Part shown: piece by piece, positions 1 through 12,455 of the stretch
How the letters are laid out: each line of letters begins with the position of its first letter
Numbering within the stretch: the stretch's first letter is position 1
Source of the DNA: Eledone cirrhosa
Taxonomy: Eukaryota
Direction: 5' to 3'
Assembly (NCBI GenBank): GCA_964016885.1
Contig: OZ024755.1
Span: 10,478,001-10,542,000, forward strand
Length of the DNA stretch: 64,000 bases
The notes under the pieces: model-generated
The model's database searches: none
Told to the model about the DNA's origin: nothing
What the model saw: only the letters and a program-made list of their open reading frames with translations
Translations under genes and position numbers: made by a program

Positions 1-301
1 ACTTACTTTCTAGACAGGCTTAGTGGGTTGTAAGAACAATGGCTTGGACGTGAAGGTGCATGGCATAGTGGTAAGGGTGCTGGACTAACGATCATGTCGT
101 GCCCCCCCCCCTACACACACATACACACGTGTGTGTGTGTATCCCGGGTTCAGGGGGGGGGGGTAACCACAGTAAGTAAGGTGCTCAATGGATAGCAGGG
201 TATAAATGTTTAATATAGAAATGGCTTCTACAAGACTAGAACTATTTCATTCGAATGAAACAATTCTAGTCCTGTAGAAGCCATATATATACATACATAC
301 A

Positions 302-533
302 CGAGGGTCGGCTGAAATGGTCAGAGGCTGGCCAAGATACTCTCATGGAATTTGACCAAATGGGCGTTTATTGCGGTCCATACACTTCTTACATTGGTGA
401 AGAAGCTTTCATCTTGTTAATCAAAAAAGTAATCAACAGCAGATCTGACCTCATCGTCAATGCGATACTGGTTCCTAGCCAAGTGTTTGTTCATGTCGGT
501 CAATAGTTGCAACAGTTGATAGTCCGATGGGGT
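302..533 (-). mobile_element. Degenerate mariner-family terminal fragment (TIR plus transposase 3' remnant)
   Basis: Starts CGAGGGTCGGCTGAAATGGTCAGAGGCTGGCCAAGATACTCTCATGGAATTTGACCAAATG, a mariner-like TIR that aligns with the left end of the MITE at 10119. Right boundary approximate. Confidence 0.5.
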
Positions 534-699
534 CACACACATATAATAATGGAAGTAGTTGGATAAAATACCACGCAATTAATACATTATTCAAGGTTGG
601 CATTATGACCTATGTATTATTCAAGACTGATTATACTATATTTCTCGCTTAATTGATCACAAACATAAATACACATTCACACATACACGCACACATACA

Positions 700-1055
700 T
701 ATTTCTTCTTCCTTATTCTTCGCCCACTTATTCCTGAGGGGGTCGTGTGTCTCAGTAAAGTCAAACGGATGTTTTCCAAACATTGTGCTCGTTGTCTACC
801 ACTGGGACTCCTTAGTGATTAGATATTCTAACTATAGATCCATAGTACCCGAACTGACATCTCTTGATGTGGGGGAAATAGTTGCTTTAATGGAGCTACA
901 CCACCTATCGAGTAATGTTACTCCAAATAGCCTTTGGAGGAATCCCATTTCCGCCGCCTGTATTTGACAACGTATTCTTTCGGTCATTACCCGAGATTCT
1001 TAACAAAACATAAGGGTAGGTGCTTACACTGAATTGAATATAACGAACTTAACTT
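700..1055 (-). pseudogene. Old RTE-clade (Rex3/Expander-like) LINE C-terminal remnant
   Basis: Minus-strand translation KFVIFNSV*APTLMFC*ESRVMTERIRCQIQAAEMGFLQRLFGVTLLDR resembles the post-RT region of RTE ORFs (..PTLTYGHE.W.MTER.RSRIQAAEM.FLR..). Contains stops. Boundaries approximate. Confidence 0.7.
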
Positions 1056-1539
1056 TTACATCTTCTTCCCATCTGTTCATGCACTAGTGCTGAAGCTGAT
1101 GCGGGGAACAATGACGAGAATGAGGATGAAACAGAGGGAGAAGGAGAGGATAATGGTCATATGGTGATAGTGATAACGATTGTGATGGCGATGATGACGA
1201 CAACGACGATGATGGTAATGGTGCTGAGGGCTATCTTGATCTTAAAGAAAATATTAGACAAATGAAGTAAAAGGAAACATCTGATGAAACAGACTCTATT
1301 CTCATGTGGGACGAAACACATTCAAACTAATTTTAAAATTTAATGAATAACTTTATATCAAATCAGTTCACTCCATGAACTATATATAACCTGTGCTAAA
1401 TGCATAAAATAAGAAAACTAGTCAACATTTTGAATGGCTACAAATCATATAACTTCATTCATTCCTGAACCTTTAACTCCTGTTGAAGATGTGATGGCGT
1501 GATGGTGAGAATTTAAACCTGCCCATGTCGGATTACAGC

Positions 1540-1658
1540 CGATTTTCTCTTTACTGGTACTTAATTTATCGACCTTGAAAGGATGACAGGCGGAGTTGAC
1601 AATCTGAAAGCAAAGCGATCTGTACGGCATTGTAATGACTCGGCCAATTCGCCGCCTA
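1540..1658 (-). mobile_element. Degenerate SINE family A copy
   Basis: ACTGGTACTTAATTTATCGACCTTGAAAGGATGACAGGC...GCCAATTCGCCGCC is the reverse complement of the family A core and head. Confidence 0.6.
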
Positions 1659-2409
1659 AGTCCTGTTTATCTCGTATATCATATAACTATATTATCTTCT
1701 TAGTAAAATACATGAATCATATATTCATTACATTTGTTAGTTGATAATCATATCGTTTAAACTGAACGCAGATCGTTATTAATATGTAGCTATAATTAAT
1801 AAAATCCATCACTGACAATAACTATTGAAACTATCCATTATTGTGGAGAGTGAGTATTCATTATAGCTGCCATTTAATTTCATTAAATAAAGTATGTTTA
1901 AATATATCGGGTTATAAAACGTCATGTAGATCATTCGTTAACAATATAATAATAATATTGATGATAATAATGATAATATTACTAGTAATGATGATAATAA
2001 TAATGATTATGAAGATGATAATGATAAAATAAACTCAATATATGAAGTATGTTAATGGGTGTTTATCTATAGATTTTGAGGGTGTTAAAGACATGAATAA
2101 AACCGATATTCATATGATATATTTAATTATTAAATTAAGAAACTGTATACTTATCTCTATATTAATCATCTATAAAATGCAAATTCAATTTATTTAAATT
2201 ATCCGCGAAGGATAAAAGGGAGATAATTAATTTTGCAGCTATTCAGTGGGGGTAAATCTTAGTAAATAATTATCACGCCAAAAACACGCTATTTAACATA
2301 TTTTGAATGGATATATAGCGGCGAACTGGCAGAGTCGTTAGAATGTCAAATAGAATGCTTTGTGGTATTTCATTCCGGCAATGTCGATATAAAAAGTACT
2401 TATGTACAG

Positions 2410-2578
2410 GATTCTTCCTCTATATCTCTTTCTCACTTTTTTTCTCATTTTCTATCCTAATCTGGAAGAAAATCTGCTGGAGAGAAGATAGGGTCCGCTA
2501 GGTTTTAAAAATGTCCTAGAAACGCCGTACCTCAATATGGCGCCCCTACGACTTCATCGGGAGTTACGGGACCATGCT
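2410..2578 (-). repeat. Unclassified dispersed repeat (family U)
   Basis: Reverse complement aligns with 27879-28040 (CGTAAC...GTCGTA...CGGCGTTTCT.GG.CATTTT..CCTAGCGGA.CC...TTTCTTCCAGA...TAGAGGAAGAATC) and partly with 56705-56775. Confidence 0.6.
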
Positions 2579-3214
2579 TGCATATAACATTACTGTCGAA
2601 AACATTACATTGTATTATAGAAAGTATTATTGGCATACTTAGTGAGGCGCATTTATAGATGTAATGAAGGCACTTTTCACCTAATGATTAGGGTGTTGAA
2701 TGCCTGATCATGAATCAGCGAGTTTGATTTCTACAATGTGTAGTAGGTCTTGAGCAGGCAAAAAGCTACATTTCACGTTGCTGTTCATTGAAACACAAGA
2801 GAAAGTTTCTACGCAATGCAAACTGGTAGAAGGTAAGCTAAATGTGTATAAGTGTGAGCTGCGAATTTGGATTCACTTTCATTGCGCATTTGAGGCTATG
2901 TCCAACTGCATATGTTTGTAATAGTATTTTGTAGCGCATTCTGTTCTAATAGAAGAAGCCATCATTTCACACTAATTCAGTCCATTCAACTAGCAAAAAT
3001 AAAATGTACCGGCGATTAAAAGGATCGGCCATGTCACACACTCACAACAAATCCTGGCATAAACTTTGTTAATGTACGTCTCTTTGGAAAAGTCAGCTTC
3101 TTGTAAGTTAATTTCATAAAAATCAATTGAACTCATCGTCACAACCGATGGAGGCCGCACACGCATATTCCGACTACGAAATTTTCTGGTCTTGGGCCTA
3201 CTTTTGAAATCATT

Positions 3215-3310
3215 TTACTTTGCCTTTCATCCTTACGGGGTCGATAAAATAAAGTACCAGTAATGCGCTGGGTAATTGCTGGCCTTGTGCCTAAAGTAGA
3301 AATAATTATT
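3215..3310 (+). mobile_element. SINE family A, 5'-truncated
   Basis: CTTTTGCCTTTCATCCTTACGGGGTCGATAAAATAAAGTACCAGTAATG...GCCTTGTGCCTAAAGTAGAAATAATTATT, near-identical to the 3' half of 39175-39367. Confidence 0.85.
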
Positions 3311-3746
3311 AATTAAAATAAGGTTTTTAAGAAATTCAACGAACATACCTGTATAATTAAATGACAGACGATCTACACTAAAAATTTATCATGGGAAATC
3401 AGTCTGCCATTCATTAATATGCTAATTGGTCTTGTATGAATTAGAATTCGATAGAAATACTTTCAAATCAATGCTGCTGCTACTACTACTACTAAGCAAC
3501 ACCAGTAATAGTAGTAGTAGTAGTAGTAGTAGTAGCAACAGTCTTTCATTCTCATAATTAAGATTCTCTAGCCTACCAAAAATAACAATATATATATAAT
3601 TGTCTATATACATGGTGTGAGGGGGGGATATATATACATATAGAAATATTGTATATAAATATTTTATATGCGTATATTTGTATGCATATTAGGTGTATAT
3701 TATCATTCAACTAGAAGTAACATGCATGTATATATATATATTATAT

Positions 3747-3933
3747 AACGAAGGAAATGTGGTAAGGAACCAGGTGGACCATAACGCACCAAATTACTCA
3801 ATACTTAAGATAGTAGAGTGGGTAATAGGAACAGGTAAGACCCCGACGGCTGAGCTCAAGCCGTTTCGACGGAATTAGCCAGAATTAGCCGTCGAAACGG
3901 CTTGAGCTCAGCCGTCGGGGTCTTACTTGTTCC

Positions 3934-3935
<2 letters not shown>
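3747..3935 (-). mobile_element. Palindromic TA-inserted element family C (Penelope-like derived, partial hammerhead)
   Basis: Inverted arms 3826-3872/3889-3935 plus an ~80 bp unique tail shared with 8430-8618. Flanked by (TA)n. Confidence 0.8.
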
Positions 3936-3969
<34 letters not shown>

Positions 3970-4020
3970 GGAACGTGTGTAGGTAGATAAAGTGTTGTCT
4001 ATGTATATCCGGCAAGGATG

Positions 4021-4179
4021 TTTAAACAAGAAAGTTGCTTACCATTTATATCCATCGTATATATATATGTATATATATATATAGGAACGAGTAGGACCTC
4101 GACGGCTGAGCTCAAGCCGTTTCAACGGCTAATTCTGGACACGTTATGGTCCACCTGGTTCCTTACCACATTTCCTTTG

Positions 4180-4219
<40 letters not shown>

Positions 4220-4255
4220 GATAGATATAAATGGTAAGCAACTTTCTTGTTTAAA
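4021..4255. repeat. 38-bp inverted repeat around a (TA)n core
   Basis: TTTAAACAAGAAAGTTGCTTACCATTTATATCCATCGT (4021-4058) versus its near-perfect reverse complement at 4218-4255. Confidence 0.85.
4082..4181 (+). mobile_element. Family C element, internally deleted
   Basis: TAGGAACGAGTAGGACCTCGACGGCTGAGCTCAAGCCGTTTC...joined to tail TATGGTCCACCTGGTTCCTTACCACATTTCC, inside (TA)n. Confidence 0.8.
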
Positions 4256-4421
4256 TGTATATATATATATGTATATATATATGTATATATATGTGTATAT
4301 ATATATATATGTGTGTATATATATATATGTGTGTATATATATATATATATATGTGTGTATATGTATATATATATATATGTGTGTATATATATATATATAT
4401 ATGTGTGTATATATATATATA

Positions 4422-4454
<33 letters not shown>

Positions 4455-4751
4455 GTGTATATATATATATGTGTATATATATATATGTGTATATATATAT
4501 ATATGTGTATATATATATATATATGTGTATATATATATGTGTATATATATATGTGTGTGTATATATGTGTGTGTATATATATGTGTATATATATATGTGT
4601 ATATGTATATATATGTGTATATGTATATATATGTGTATATATATGTGTATATGTATATATATATGTGTATATGTATATATATATGTGTATATGTGTATAT
4701 GTATATATATATATATATGTATATATATGTGTATATGTATATGTGTATATG

Positions 4752-4782
<31 letters not shown>

Positions 4783-4821
4783 GTGTATATGTATATGTGT
4801 ATATGTATATATATATATATG
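4256..4821. repeat. (TA)n/(TG) compound microsatellite
   Basis: Direct inspection. Source of spurious YI-rich ORFs. Confidence 0.95.
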
Positions 4822-5172
4822 TATTGGTAAACGGAATAGAAAATGCTGACAAATTGTTCACAGTTGAAAAATGGTTTAATTAGGAATAAAAGAGTATTAG
4901 TGATTGTATGGGTTAGTATTCAGTTGTGGTTTTAAGATCAGAGCAAACAGCACGGACACTCTATCTCAAAATTATTTTTGAAAAGCATTTAGAAATGCGC
5001 AACCGGTAAAAACTTAAAAACTTAAAACCACAACTGAATACTAACCCATACAATCACTAATACTCTTTTATTCCTAATTAAACCATTTTTCAACTGTGAA
5101 CAATTTGTCAGCATTTTCTATTCCGTTTACCAATATATAATAACTTGTGTGTTACACCTCTATTCTTTTAAC
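4822..5172 (+). mobile_element. Fold-back element with ~115-bp inverted arms and hammerhead-like spacer
   Basis: Arms 4822-4936 and 5021-5135 appear perfectly complementary. The 84-bp spacer holds TTGAAAA-GCATTTAGAAATGC-GCAACCGGTA. Short 3' tail. Flanked by (TA)n tracts. Confidence 0.8.
4975..5011 (+). ncRNA. Minimal type-I hammerhead motif, U3-A8 variant, probably inactive (GAAA>GCAA)
   Basis: UUU|UUGAAAA|GCAUUU-AG-AAAUGC|GCAA-CCGG-UA|AAA. Same layout as 40141-40170. Confidence 0.55.
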
Positions 5173-5226
5173 TATATATATGTATATATATATATATATA
5201 TATGTATATGTATATGTGTATATGTA

Positions 5227-5266
<40 letters not shown>

Positions 5267-5295
5267 GTATATATATATGTATATGTGTATATGTA

Positions 5296-5373
<78 letters not shown>

Positions 5374-6080
5374 GTATATGTGTATATGTAATATATATAT
5401 ATATGTATATATGTGTATATGTAATATATATATATATGTATATATGTGTATATGTAATATATATATGTATATATATATATGTGTGTATATGTATATATAT
5501 ATATATATGTGTATATGTAATATATATATGTATATATATATATGTGTGTATATGTATATATATGTATATATATATGTGTGTATATGTATATATATGTATA
5601 TATATATATGTGTGTATATGTATATATATGTATATATATATGTGTGTATATGTATATATATGTATATATATATATGTGTATATGTATATGTGTGTATATG
5701 TATATATATGTATATATATATGTGTATATATGTATATATATATATATATGTGTATATGTATATGTATATATATGTGTATATGTATATATATGTATATATG
5801 TATATATATGTATATATATATATATGTGTATATGTATATATATGTATATATATATGTGTATATGTATATATATGTATATATATATATGTGTATATGTATA
5901 TGTATATATATGTGTATATGTATATATATGTGTATATGTATATATATGTGTATATGTATATATGTATATATATGTGTATATGTATATATATATATATATG
6001 TGTATATGTATATATATGTATATATATATATATATATATATGTGTGTATATGTATATATATGTATATATATATATTTATA
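5173..6080. repeat. (TA)n/(TG) compound microsatellite
   Basis: Direct inspection. Confidence 0.95.
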
Positions 6081-7641
6081 GATATACGATCGATATAAAT
6101 TTAAATAGTATATGTATGAGTGTATGCGTGTTCGTGTGTGAGTTTACGCATATTAAATAATGATATTTACACTATACTAATGTATTGAGTACCTTTTTAA
6201 CTGTGGTTCCTCACGAATCCCTCGGTATATAACCCCCTCATATACATACATATATAATCATGAATATCCATGGCCAATAGGCAGTTTCGCTTGAGGAAGA
6301 GGTAGAACTTTTGGAGACGTAGTGATAATAAGGTAGGCTGGTGAAAAACACCTGGTTTTATGGTTTGAGTGCTTGCCTTCTTAGGGTTTAATACATTTCT
6401 GAAGAAGTGAACTACTAGCAGGAATAGTTTAGTTATTGTAGGAAAGATGTAGTGGATTAGTTAATTCACGCTGAATAATCAACCGCCTCTCCAGTTCTAA
6501 AAGTATATTATATTCCAATACCAATGAATTTATGCTGACACATGAACATTTATAAAACAATATCACATATAGATATTCAATTATTGACAAAAATGACATG
6601 TTCATGAAATTTTCTTTCAAATTAATTCTTGAAGAAGAAAGTAAAACAAAAAATATTTCAAAAATATTTTATATTATAAATATATTTTTGTACTTTATTA
6701 CAATATTTTCACTTTGTAATGGCTAAGAAAAATCGATTTACAGATTGAAAGTAAGCAAACTTTATGTTTCGTTAATAAGATGTCAGGAACTACTTATTTC
6801 ATATCAACATGTCATTACGTGGTGACAGCCTGGTTATTACATAACGTAGACCTAATACAGTATATAATAGGCTTCTTAGCTTACAGTTAAAAAGTCGATT
6901 AAAAAAACCAATGGCTCAGAAATACTGTAATCGGCAGATCTGCAACAGTTCTGCTATTGACGTGTAAGGTACTAAATAAAGGCTTGTGACATGTTTATTG
7001 TTCGATTCACTGCTGCATACCCACCATCTCACGCAACCAATATATAGATATAAAGTCAACAAGCAGGTCTATATGAGTTCACTTGGCTTATTAGAAATAG
7101 CAGCCAAATTACTTAATTCTTTATTAAACAATTACCGTTCTCCGCGTTAACGATATGATAGTATGCATGAAATGTTATCAATGTTAAACATTGAATAACG
7201 AAGCATTTTATACACAAAATGACGTTGGTAGAACTCTCATGAATGTGGCGACATCTTTGCTCGATCATTGCTGACCTGAGTGTAAACGACATCAGCAACT
7301 ATATCAAGATATGCATTAAAACAAACTTTTAACAATGAATTATTTGGCATTTTGCGATCCACCCTTGAACTTCATGCAGCTGTCTCATACGAATACTTCA
7401 GCTGAAAGTACAAGAAATTGTATGTATATATATATAAGTATGTATACGTACATACATATATGTATACAGACGTACAGTAGTATGTATATATATACACATA
7501 CATGCACACATATATATATGTACGTATGGATTCACCGAACATTTATTATAATGCTCGATTTGTTTGTAAACAAACATCCCGAATTAAGCCGTACAGTGTT
7601 TAGGAACCATCGTTGCCCTTTTGTTCAACACCGACAAAGGA

Positions 7642-7684
7642 ACGATGTACTAGTTTCAAGCTTATTAGCTATCGTCAACACCGT
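7642..7684 (-). ncRNA. Minimal type-I hammerhead ribozyme motif
   Basis: Minus strand ACGGUG|UUGACGA|U-AGCU-AAUA-AGCU-U|GAAA-CUAG-UA|CAUCGU: 6-bp stem I, stem II, palindromic stem III, GUA cleavage triplet. Core has U3 with G8. Confidence 0.6.
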
Positions 7685-8044
7685 ATACCTTCCTGTCAGG
7701 TGATTGAACATCTGAAAGTATATACTTTCCTTATGCATATTAACAGCTGAGCAGCCTAATTTGCATATCGAGTGAGTTAATCGGCCGGGCGCACCGAAAA
7801 CGATAAATGGAAACAATGAAACGAAACGTATGTACACATATATGTATCTACGTATACATACTTATATTTAAGTAACAGCCGTACTATAATCAACAAATGA
7901 AATTTCGTTTCATTTTTCCCATTTATCGTTTTCGGTGCGCCCGGCCCATTAACTCACTCGATATGCAAATTAGGCTGCTCAGCCGTTAGTATGCACAAGG
8001 AAAGTATATACTTTCAGACGTTCAATCATCTGGCAGGAAGGTAT

Positions 8045-8087
8045 ACGGTGTTGGCGATAGCTAATAAGCTTGAAACTAGTACATCGT
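8045..8087 (+). ncRNA. Hammerhead motif, mutated copy (UUGGCGA core)
   Basis: Mirror of 7642-7684 with an A6>G change. Confidence 0.5.
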
Positions 8088-8356
8088 TCCTTTGTCGGTG
8101 TTGAACAAAAGGGCAACGATGGTTGCTAAACACTGTACGGCTTAATTCGGGATGTTTGTTTACAAACACACCGAGCATTATAATAAATGTTCGGTGAATC
8201 CATACGTACAGTAGTATATATATATACATACTACTGTACGTCTGTATACATATATGTACGTACGTATACATACTTATATTTAAGTAACAGCCGTACTAAG
8301 AGTGAGAAATGAAATTTTGTTTCAATTTTTCCTTATATATATATATATATATATAT

Positions 8357-8378
8357 ACACTTCATAGACGATGTACTG

Positions 8379-8433
<55 letters not shown>

Positions 8434-8615
8434 AACGAGTAGGACTCCGACGGCTGAGCTCAAGCCGTTTCGACGGCTAATTCTGGATTAGCCGTCGAAA
8501 CGGCTTGAGCTCAGCCGTCGGGGTCCTACTCGTTCCTATTACCCACTCTACTACCCTAAGTATTGAGTACTTTGGTGCATTATGGTCCACCTGGTTCCTT
8601 ACCACATTTCCTTCG

Positions 8616-8655
<40 letters not shown>

Positions 8656-8677
8656 CAGTACATCATCTGTGAAGTGT
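8357..8677. repeat. 26-bp inverted repeat around a (TA)n core
   Basis: ACACTTCATAGACGATGTACTGCAAT (8357-8382) versus ATTGCAGTACATCATCTGTGAAGTGT (8652-8677), 2 mismatches. Confidence 0.8.
8430..8618 (+). mobile_element. Family C palindromic element, best-preserved copy
   Basis: ~50-bp inverted arms. Contains GAAACGGCT-TGAGCTC-AGCCGTC (hammerhead stem III plus GUC, 8497-8519), then an ~80-bp tail. (TA)n on both sides. Confidence 0.85.
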
Positions 8678-8879
8678 CGTGTACAGTACCTATCAGAGTA
8701 TATGTTTTGTCATTCAATGCTGGACATATTTATCAAATATTAACTCAAAGCTGATATGTCCACGAAATCAAGAGATACTTAAATCGATAATTTGTTAGTC
8801 TGCCAGCTGATGTGCCCATGCAGGTTTCATGTTCACTTATATCAAAGAGAATTAATTATATAACGGATCAAATCCATCG

Positions 8880-8914
<35 letters not shown>

Positions 8915-8965
8915 CACACACACACACATACACACAGACACACACTCAGACCTCCCCCACACACA

Positions 8966-9016
<51 letters not shown>

Positions 9017-9949
9017 GTGTGTGTGTGTGTGTGTGCATGTATTGTTGATCAATTCAACGTGTATGAATTTGCAGAGTCATCGGAAATTGGTCTGAATGCC
9101 TCGGTATATGTTCACCGCTGCCTGTCAACCTTTGAGCAGCAATACATAAAGAAGCAATGTAGGGCTAGGGTACTCATTGACAAGTAGACCGACCTCTCCT
9201 GGGAAGTAAGTGGGTTAACAAATCAACCGTGTATATTTCTCAAATACCAATTATATTATGTTATAGACTGTAAACAGAAATTATGATTATAATATTATGA
9301 ATAGGAGGTTCGGTGGCTGGAATGGTTGATTTTTATATAGTAATTATACGATGTATTTTGCTTGGATACGAATGATATTTAACAATATATGTTGCTGTGT
9401 GTAGCTAACAGAAACAGGCCTTCATTTTTTACCCTCTGTTACTAAACGGAGAACAATTTAGTTATAAACGATCATATATATATTATATGCTTCGGTACAT
9501 ACGAACAAGAAAATATTTGAAATATACAAAGTTGAAAAAACAGACATGTTGTCATATCATTTGTTTGAAGCCATTTCAAATGTAAACTCCTACTACTAAG
9601 GTTGGCCTTTACATTCACCGTGAAAGTTTAATAAAACACGTACAACAGAGTCAGACAATGAATTATTCAGAAAATTGTATATATTACTTTGTATCTTTTT
9701 TTGCGGACAGCTGACATAGAGTTGCACAAATTATCTTAATTGAGAATCTTTACCAATGAATATTGCCAAATAATTGTTGCGCAAATTTACTACACTTGTA
9801 TCAAAATTTCATTCTGGTATATGGCTGATAGATTGTTTGACATCGGTTTATGTCTGTTTTTCTATGCTAGGAATGTTTAGATGAAGCCCTGATCTCCTTT
9901 TGGGTATTAGAAGTCATATAATACCACCCCACACCATCTCAGAGCCACT

Positions 9950-10088
9950 GCCAGGTATTTTCAGCTGAGTGAAATGTATGAACATGAAAAGACATGCTTT
10001 CGTCAGAGACTCAACGGGTAATTCGTTGTGGGAATCGAACCTTCGACCATGGTCATGAGCTCAACACCTTAGTCACGAAGTGGCACAC
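9950..10088 (-). mobile_element. Degenerate tRNA-derived SINE family D (head region)
   Basis: TTTCAGCTGAGTGAA...AACATGAAA...GGGAATCGAACC (B-box on minus strand). Aligns with 27721-27860. Confidence 0.55.
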
Positions 10089-10118
10089 TTTCATTCGTGG
10101 TACATATGTATGAATATA

Positions 10119-10297
10119 CGGGGCTCAGCTGAAAAAATCATAGGTTGACCAACGCACTCTCATGTAATGACCAAATGATGTTTACTATTCAACATAGTCC
10201 CTGGAAAGAAACAATGCACTTATTAATGCATGCAAGATTTCATAGCACTAACATTAATACTCCATTGTCAGCCTATTAACCTTTTAGCTCACCCTTG
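10119..10297. mobile_element. Mariner-derived MITE (~180 bp)
   Basis: Imperfect TIRs CGGGGCTCAGCTGAAAAAATCATAGGTTGAC / GTCAGCCTATTAACCTTTTAGCTCACCCTTG, TA on both sides. Confidence 0.65.
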
Positions 10298-12295
10298 TAG
10301 ATGACTTGGTCGCAATAAATAGCATGGTACTTCAAAATATAATGACATGACCTAGCGGAATTCCCGTCTTAACATTTAGTGTTATCTCTGTGAAAAATTA
10401 CACCTTATTGACATTGTTTGAATGCTTTTCAGCTACTTAGTTACGACTATTGATGTTCGGAGTTCAAACACTTTTAAAGTAGTCTTTCTTTTTCATGTCT
10501 TTGACGCAATAATATAGTTATATTGTTAGTCGATATAATTCCACATACACTCCCGGAAAGTGTTAAATAGTAGAATAGATTCAATTTTATTTACATGAGC
10601 ACACACTGTCTGCTTTTGAAGATAAAATGGCACCGTTACATGAAATTAGTAGCTGAAAACAGATATTTAGAGAAAACCTGTGAAACCTAAACAGTGATAG
10701 AAAGAAATCATTAATGAAATGTAGAAAAATATAGACATTCCAAAACAACTAAGGTGAATAGGTGCAAAGAAGAATTTGTCATATACACAGATGATTTCCC
10801 TTGAGTTAAAATAAGTATTTTAGAATCAATTAACAGATTCTTTTAGCAACTCACCTAACTATACTTCATTGACGCCATGATCCGAAAATATACATACATG
10901 GTAAGAAATGAATATACCTCAAATCCTACTCTGGTGGTTTGGATGTGGGATAGTGGTGGAGTTGGCTGGGTGTTGACAGCCTTAACGCCAAACGAAAGCC
11001 TATAAGATAATGATTATATAATTTACAACTATTGCTATACCGTTGACAATAGATTATGAACATAATTATATTATCGCCTCGGAAATAACATTTCCGAGAA
11101 TATTGCACTTACAGGAATAATAAATAAGGCAAAATAATAAGGGTTTTTATTTAAGGCTCAAGTGAAGTAATTTTAGTTGAACAGGGCAGTTGATTATATC
11201 GATTTAGTATTTCAATGGTATTTCAATTTATCGACAGAGGAATTGTGAATGCAAATGTTGACCTCGATCGGATTTGAGCTCGTAAATCACCTGACCAAAT
11301 AATGCTCGGCATTTTGTCAGTCTTCTTTCTGATAGTTGTACCAGGCAGAGAGTTTCAGCAAGGAAAAGATCAATTGAAACATTGTTTTCTTGATCTGATT
11401 TGTCGATTGTATATTTTTATTTCTTAATATAAAATGTGAATTATCAATCATGTAATAAAAGATGTTTGAATATTTTTGTAGTGAGTAATTCTGGATAATG
11501 TTTCACTTTCAAGTTAGTAAAATAGGCACAGGATACATATCGGTTTATGGATTTGTTTCTTAAATAATATATTATTATGTGGTAGAAAATGTGGCAAAAA
11601 CAGATATTGACGAATCGTCAGGAAATGTTAGAAATCGTACACATAAGTATTCAGAATAAAATATAAACATGAAGCATATCACATCACATATTTAATAATT
11701 TTAGAGAGCTTTTTATTCGGCATTCGATATAAAAAAAAGAACATATAAACAAATTACAAGAAATAACGATCAAATCCAAAACGAAACTTAAATGTAGAAA
11801 TATATGAAGTGAAAAATATAACCACGAAAATGTAGAGTGAGAAAAAAGATAATGAAATACATAGAAATATAGATTATTCTTATTTAGTTGAACGAATGTA
11901 AAGCCTGAGAGGAAATGGAATGAATGAAATACATAAAATAAATAAGAAACAATAGCTGAAAGTATAAAACAATTTATAAGGTAAATCAGCTCTAACATGG
12001 AAATCAAAGTGTTAAAACAAGGATTACAGAACTCTCAAAAGGTCTGGCTAAATACTACATAATCTTGCATCACACTCGAAAATGTGCCCACGAATGAAAA
12101 CGTACGCGAGCGTGTGTGGGTTAGGGGGGAGGGGTCTGGGTGTGTACGTTGGACACCTGTAGGGATGGTGTCAGGGGGTTTGGTCACAAAGGCTTACGGA
12201 AATCCTTATTTTATTTAATTAGATAGAAAGTTATATTTTCTCAAGGACGGCACACAAAATTCATGTGATTAGTCGCATTATATTACTGGTAGAAT

Positions 12296-12455
12296 GGGCG
12301 GTGGATTGGCAGTATCGGTAGAGCGTCAGACACCATGCTTTTCTGAGTTCAAATCCCGCCGGGGTTAACTTTGCCTTTCATCCTTACGGAGTCGATAAAA
12401 TAAAGCACCAGTAATGCACTGGGGTAATTGCTGGTGTCAAAAGTAGAAACAATTA
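12296..12455 (+). mobile_element. SINE family A with 18-bp TSD
   Basis: GGGCGGTGGATTGGCAG head, B-box GAGTTCAAATCC, conserved core. TSD ATTATATTACTG(G/A)TAGAA at 12277-12294 and 12452-12469. Confidence 0.9.

Larger units (their letters stand above)
7432..8332 (+). mobile_element. Penelope-like pseudo-LTR arrangement: inverted copy plus partial tandem copy (family B)
   Basis: ~390-bp inverted arms 7432-7826/7903-8279, plus a direct repeat 7849-7919 versus 8261-8332. Hammerhead motif in each arm. Another copy at 61020-61300. Confidence 0.75.

Noticed and set aside
1281-1324. CTGATGA...CGAAAC hammerhead-like pair
   Set aside because: Stem II does not close next to the core, and stems I and III do not pair. 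At best a decayed relic.
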